DNA from: Lama glama | Taxonomy: Eukaryota | Assembly (NCBI GenBank): GCA_028534125.1 | Contig: CM052817.1 | Span: 84,136,001-84,200,000 of the forward strand | Reading direction: 5' to 3' | DNA length: 64,000 bases | Part shown: in pieces, positions 60,216 to 64,000 of the stretch | How the letters are laid out: each line of letters opens with the position of its first letter | Numbering within the stretch: position 1 is the first letter of the stretch | Made by a program: the position numbers and the translations under genes | Notes under the pieces: model-generated | The model's database searches: none | What the model was told of the DNA's origin: nothing | What the model saw: the letters and a program-made list of their open reading frames with translations, nothing else

Positions 60216-60794
60216 AAATGTTTCTTTCACTACAATTTTGCAAGTTGTACTGGGGAGTTGGCAGGAAATAGAATTACTGAGGAAGATTTTTATACTCTGA
60301 CTTAAACTATTAGGAGCACATTTAGAGTGGAGAATATTTCTCCCTTCAGAACTCTTTTTTGTTCTACAGAGAAACAAAAGGCCTGGGTGCCTTCAGAGGA
60401 CCCTTCTGGCGAAGGCCTGAGGCCTTCGCATAAGAAGTTCCTGCCTTGGGCAGCTTACAGCCTCGGGGGGTCATGCCAGGCCCTGTGTCAACCTGCAGCT
60501 CTGCTTTGCATGCTCACCGTTGTTGACCCTTTGGTCCGGATTCATGTTCTCCATTCATGGAGAGCCTTGATCTGGATGCTTTGACCTTCAGTTTCTGGGC
60601 TGAAGTGCCACTTTAATCAGCTTCCTATACTCACAGGACAGTATTCTTTACTCTCATGCCCAGTCCTTAGTTCCAGGATCCCAGGCTGAGCCTCTGGTTT
60701 CCCAGGAGAAAAGGGTGATCATGTAAAACATCTTGAGTGCTTTTCTTTGTATCTTTGTCAGTATTAAAATGCTGGGGAAACATGTATTGCATGA

Positions 60795-60878
60795 ATGAAA
60801 GAAAAAGAGAAAAGAAAGAAAGGAGGGAGGAAGGGGAAGGGAAGGAAGCAAGGCAGAAAGGAAGAAAGAAGGAAGGAA
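60795..60878. repeat. Purine-rich (GA-rich) low-complexity tract
   Basis: gaaagaaaaagagaaaagaaagaaaggagggaggaaggggaagggaaggaag... Confidence 0.85.
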
Positions 60879-61914
60879 TAAATGTCTTTTTGCAAAGTTG
60901 CTGCACTTGCAAACGTGGTCTGTAGCAGTAGGAAAAAGCCAGCTAATTTTCTGCAGCAATTCTATTCTTAGTATTCTCTTTGACCATTAGCCCTAACCAT
61001 TCCCTCCTAACCTACCCACTTCTGTAGAGAACACTTTTCTCCATAGAAGGATTTTTCCTGCCATCATATCACCAGAAATGAGATTTTCCAAGGGTAGGCA
61101 GACATGTTTCACAGGACACAGCAAGAAGCCAAATTTAGGAAGACAAGGAAAGTCTAAAAAGTACATAGCCTGCCCTATTTATCCTAGTGGTGTTATTATT
61201 GCCAGATACTGTGTTAATCCTAATTTCTTCCATTTCAGTTATCATAAGGTCCTACATGCCCCAAAATATCTGAGTAGTTTTCCTCAACTCTTCTCTTAGA
61301 TTCATCATATCTGGTATTAGAGGAAGGGAGAAGAAAAGTAACACCCCCATTATGTGACAGATACTGGGCTAGGTACCTGTGGAAAATGTATGTTAGAATG
61401 TCCACCCAGCCTGTAAAGATCCCCTCAGTATACTGCTCACCACAGGGTGAGTCCCTTCAGCTGTGTTTACACTCTCTAAGTCTACACTCCACGGTCCCAG
61501 CCACCACCCAGTCATGGCCACAGCGAACTCCTGTCATAAGGTAAAGAACCAGACTCTATTGTAAGACATCAGATTTGGAGTTATGGATTCCTTCTACCTC
61601 TGTGTTGGTGTCTTGAAAAGTGATATATAAACTCAAAAGCTATGAACAGTCACATTCTGTCAGCTCTGTTGGCTTGGAGGAGAGAGAGCCAACCCTCATA
61701 AAAAGGATTAAAAACAGATAAGGAGAAGCTACAATGCATTTCTTTTGGTAACTTTTTATTTTGGGGTTACAGCCTTATTATAAGCCTTCTTGACTCTAAG
61801 AATGATGGAATATCACCATAACCTTACAATTAATTTTGTCTCAGTCTCTCTTACTTTTTTCTTTAAATCAGCTCGGGTTGGTTTCTGTTACCTGGAATGA
61901 AAGGAATGCTAACT

Positions 61915-62110
61915 AATAATGCCATGGGCACACTCTACATTTATTTAACATGATTTCACAACAGATCTGCGAGGTATTTCCTATCTCTATTTTACCAATG
62001 AGGGAGCAGGAATTAATAACTAAATTGCCTAAGCTTTATGTCTCATAAATTTCAGGGATGGCATTTGAACCCAGGTTTTGTAGCATCTAAAACCTTAACT
62101 TTTCCCACTG
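61915..62110 (-). mobile_element. MIR SINE
   Basis: tattttaccaatgaggga...aattgcctaag...gggatggcatttgaacccagg. Confidence 0.65.
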
Positions 62111-63289
62111 AGCCCCGTCCCTTGGAAGGTGCTCTGACTGCTGGGAGAATCTCCCCCCACGGCCTCAGAGAGACACTAAAGTTTTGTAATTCTTGAGGTA
62201 ACAAAGATTCCAGGGATCACAGTCACCCCCTGGCTACTGATTCCCTGGCAGGACACCAATTTCTGCCTGTTCTGTCTGCCCCTCCCCATTGGGAACACAG
62301 ACTGTGGGTTTTTCTAAGGCTGGAGGAGAAGCTCCTAGGCTCCACACCCCACCCCAACCCCCTGCGAAAGAAACATAATTAAGTCCAAAAGATTTATCTG
62401 TCCTTTGGACATGTCTTCTGACCTCTGTTGGTTAGCAGGGTGTTACAACACCAGGCTTGTTGCACTGCAAGATGTCTTCCCTTGCATAATGCACAGAACA
62501 CTCCTTCTACTGGAAAATTGAACCAACATGGGTCAATCTATTCTTTCCCAAGAACATAGGGTCCCTTTTCCTTCCACTGAGAGCTGTTTTCTGATTCCTT
62601 TGGTGGATTTTGGAATCCACCATTCACATTCTGTTGGAGAGGTGAATATGCTGCCCATGTAGGACCCATGACCCTTGTCTGGCCAGGGAAGTGCTCTAGG
62701 ACTCCTGTCTTGACCCAGGCCTTTGATACCCTGATACATGCTAAAGATGTGGACATATTTCCCCAGTCTTTCTAATGACTTGGGTGATGATTAAATGACT
62801 TATTTTGTGCTCAGAGTAGAAACGGAAATTATTATTCTTCTTCCATGGACCCTGAGCCCAAGTACTGGGGCCAAGTTCTCGGTGTTGGAATTCTCTCCCT
62901 TCTGAAGCAGATCCAGTGTAGCTCTATGGAGATGATAATTGATTTGTTTCCCCTGTGTGATGATTCAGATGGACATCTGATGACTGCTGGAACCACAGTA
63001 GCCTGGCCAAGGTTTACAAAAGAGAAATAATAATTATAATTTGGAGATCAGTCCCCACTCCCATCTCCATTTTCAGTTTCCTGTATCTGATAAAACTGTG
63101 GCAAAGCAGTGGCCAGTTCAAGAATCTGGATTAGTTGTTCCACTGATAATTTTCTTGAATTCTTGCAGGGAAAGGTAAAGGAGACTAAGATTTAATGTTA
63201 GAGTAATCTCACTTCAGTACCTGGCACAGAGTAGTCTCTGAATAAATGTTAAAAAGATGAATTACAATAATACATTATAAACCATTAAA

Positions 63290-64000
63290 TGAAAAAAGGG
63301 ATCTATGATACATCATGATACTCAATGATAGACAGAGACAGAGGAAGCAATAGTGAGCGAAAGAGGAGAAAGAAGAAGAGAAAATTCTTATCTACAGAAG
63401 AAGAACATTTAATGAACTAGAAGAGATAGGATTAGGGGGAAAAAATCATTATTTTGCAATCCCAGTGTAATATTTGGCCCAGGCAAGGATCATCAACAAA
63501 TGCTAAAGCCACTGGGTGAAGGGTCATTAGGAAAGAAGTTATTCACAAGTTTCAAAATATCAGCTACTAGATCATTTATAAATTACTAAGGGGAAAGGAG
63601 AAATATAGCAAGTAACATTTTAACCATGCTATTACTCAAAACACCTCCAAAAAGGGAACAAAGTGACAGACATTATGTCTCTCTTGATATGATGTAGTCT
63701 GAAGTATGCAACAATGTCACCTATTAACATTTTCTCAAAAAATATTTCGACCAAAGCTGATTATGAGGAAACTCACAGAAATTTAATATGTTAGACTTTA
63801 TGTAAAATAAGTTACCTGGACTTTTCAAAAAAAGTTAACCTCATGAAAGATGAACAAGATAGAGAGCTGGTTCTAGATTAAAGAAACCAAGGAGACATAA
63901 CCATATCTAATATGTGAACTCTGAATGGATTCCAGAGTTTAAAAAACTATAAAGAACATTTTGGAGTCAATTAGGGAAACTTAAATGTAGGCTATACACT
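63290..64000 (+). mobile_element. Old L1 (L1MC-like) 3' region, running off the window end
   Basis: aaatcattattttgcaa, caggcaaggatcatcaa, ttacctggacttttcaaaaa, ttctagattaaagaaaccaaggagacataac, aaagaacattttggagtcaattagggaaa. Confidence 0.75.

Noticed and set aside
63150..63180. 6-nt microexon (ttcttgcag|GGAAAG|gtaaag)
   Set aside because: Weak donor and no supporting gene context.
1..64000. Host protein-coding gene, rRNA, CRISPR array or prokaryotic system; naming the neighbouring gene
   Set aside because: No recognisable host protein in the ORF track and no chain of coding exons. The DNA is mammalian repeat-rich non-coding sequence, and the locus cannot be identified from this window alone.

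Overview
Mammalian, AT-rich, repeat-dense non-coding DNA (gene desert or a very large intron). It is most likely camelid (camel/alpaca), judged from the tRNA-derived SINEs and the L1 3' ends. No intact host protein-coding gene is visible, and nearly all ORF-track entries are spurious or TE-derived. The stand-out feature is a full-length (2,334 bp, 5008-7341) decayed autonomous piggyBac DNA transposon. It has TTAA target-site duplications, 13-bp CAC-type TIRs, two right-end subterminal palindromes, and a ~560-codon transposase relic retaining the D-D-D triad and a C-terminal Cys-rich domain. This may mark a horizontally acquired piggyBac family in this lineage. Also present: a ~350-bp TSD-flanked L1 'head-fused-to-tail' mini-element; nested L1 3' ends; an ERV1-type solo LTR with a 4-bp TSD; and many MLT1, MIR, L2, old L1 and hAT fragments, including L2 endonuclease remnants. 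The window also has three short-range spaced direct duplications, a templated-insertion scar of interlocking palindromes, two candidate exons, and several unique, motif-dense blocks that look like enhancers or a promoter (notably 55.2-56.4 kb). TE family names are from pattern recognition only, and boundaries of old repeats are approximate.
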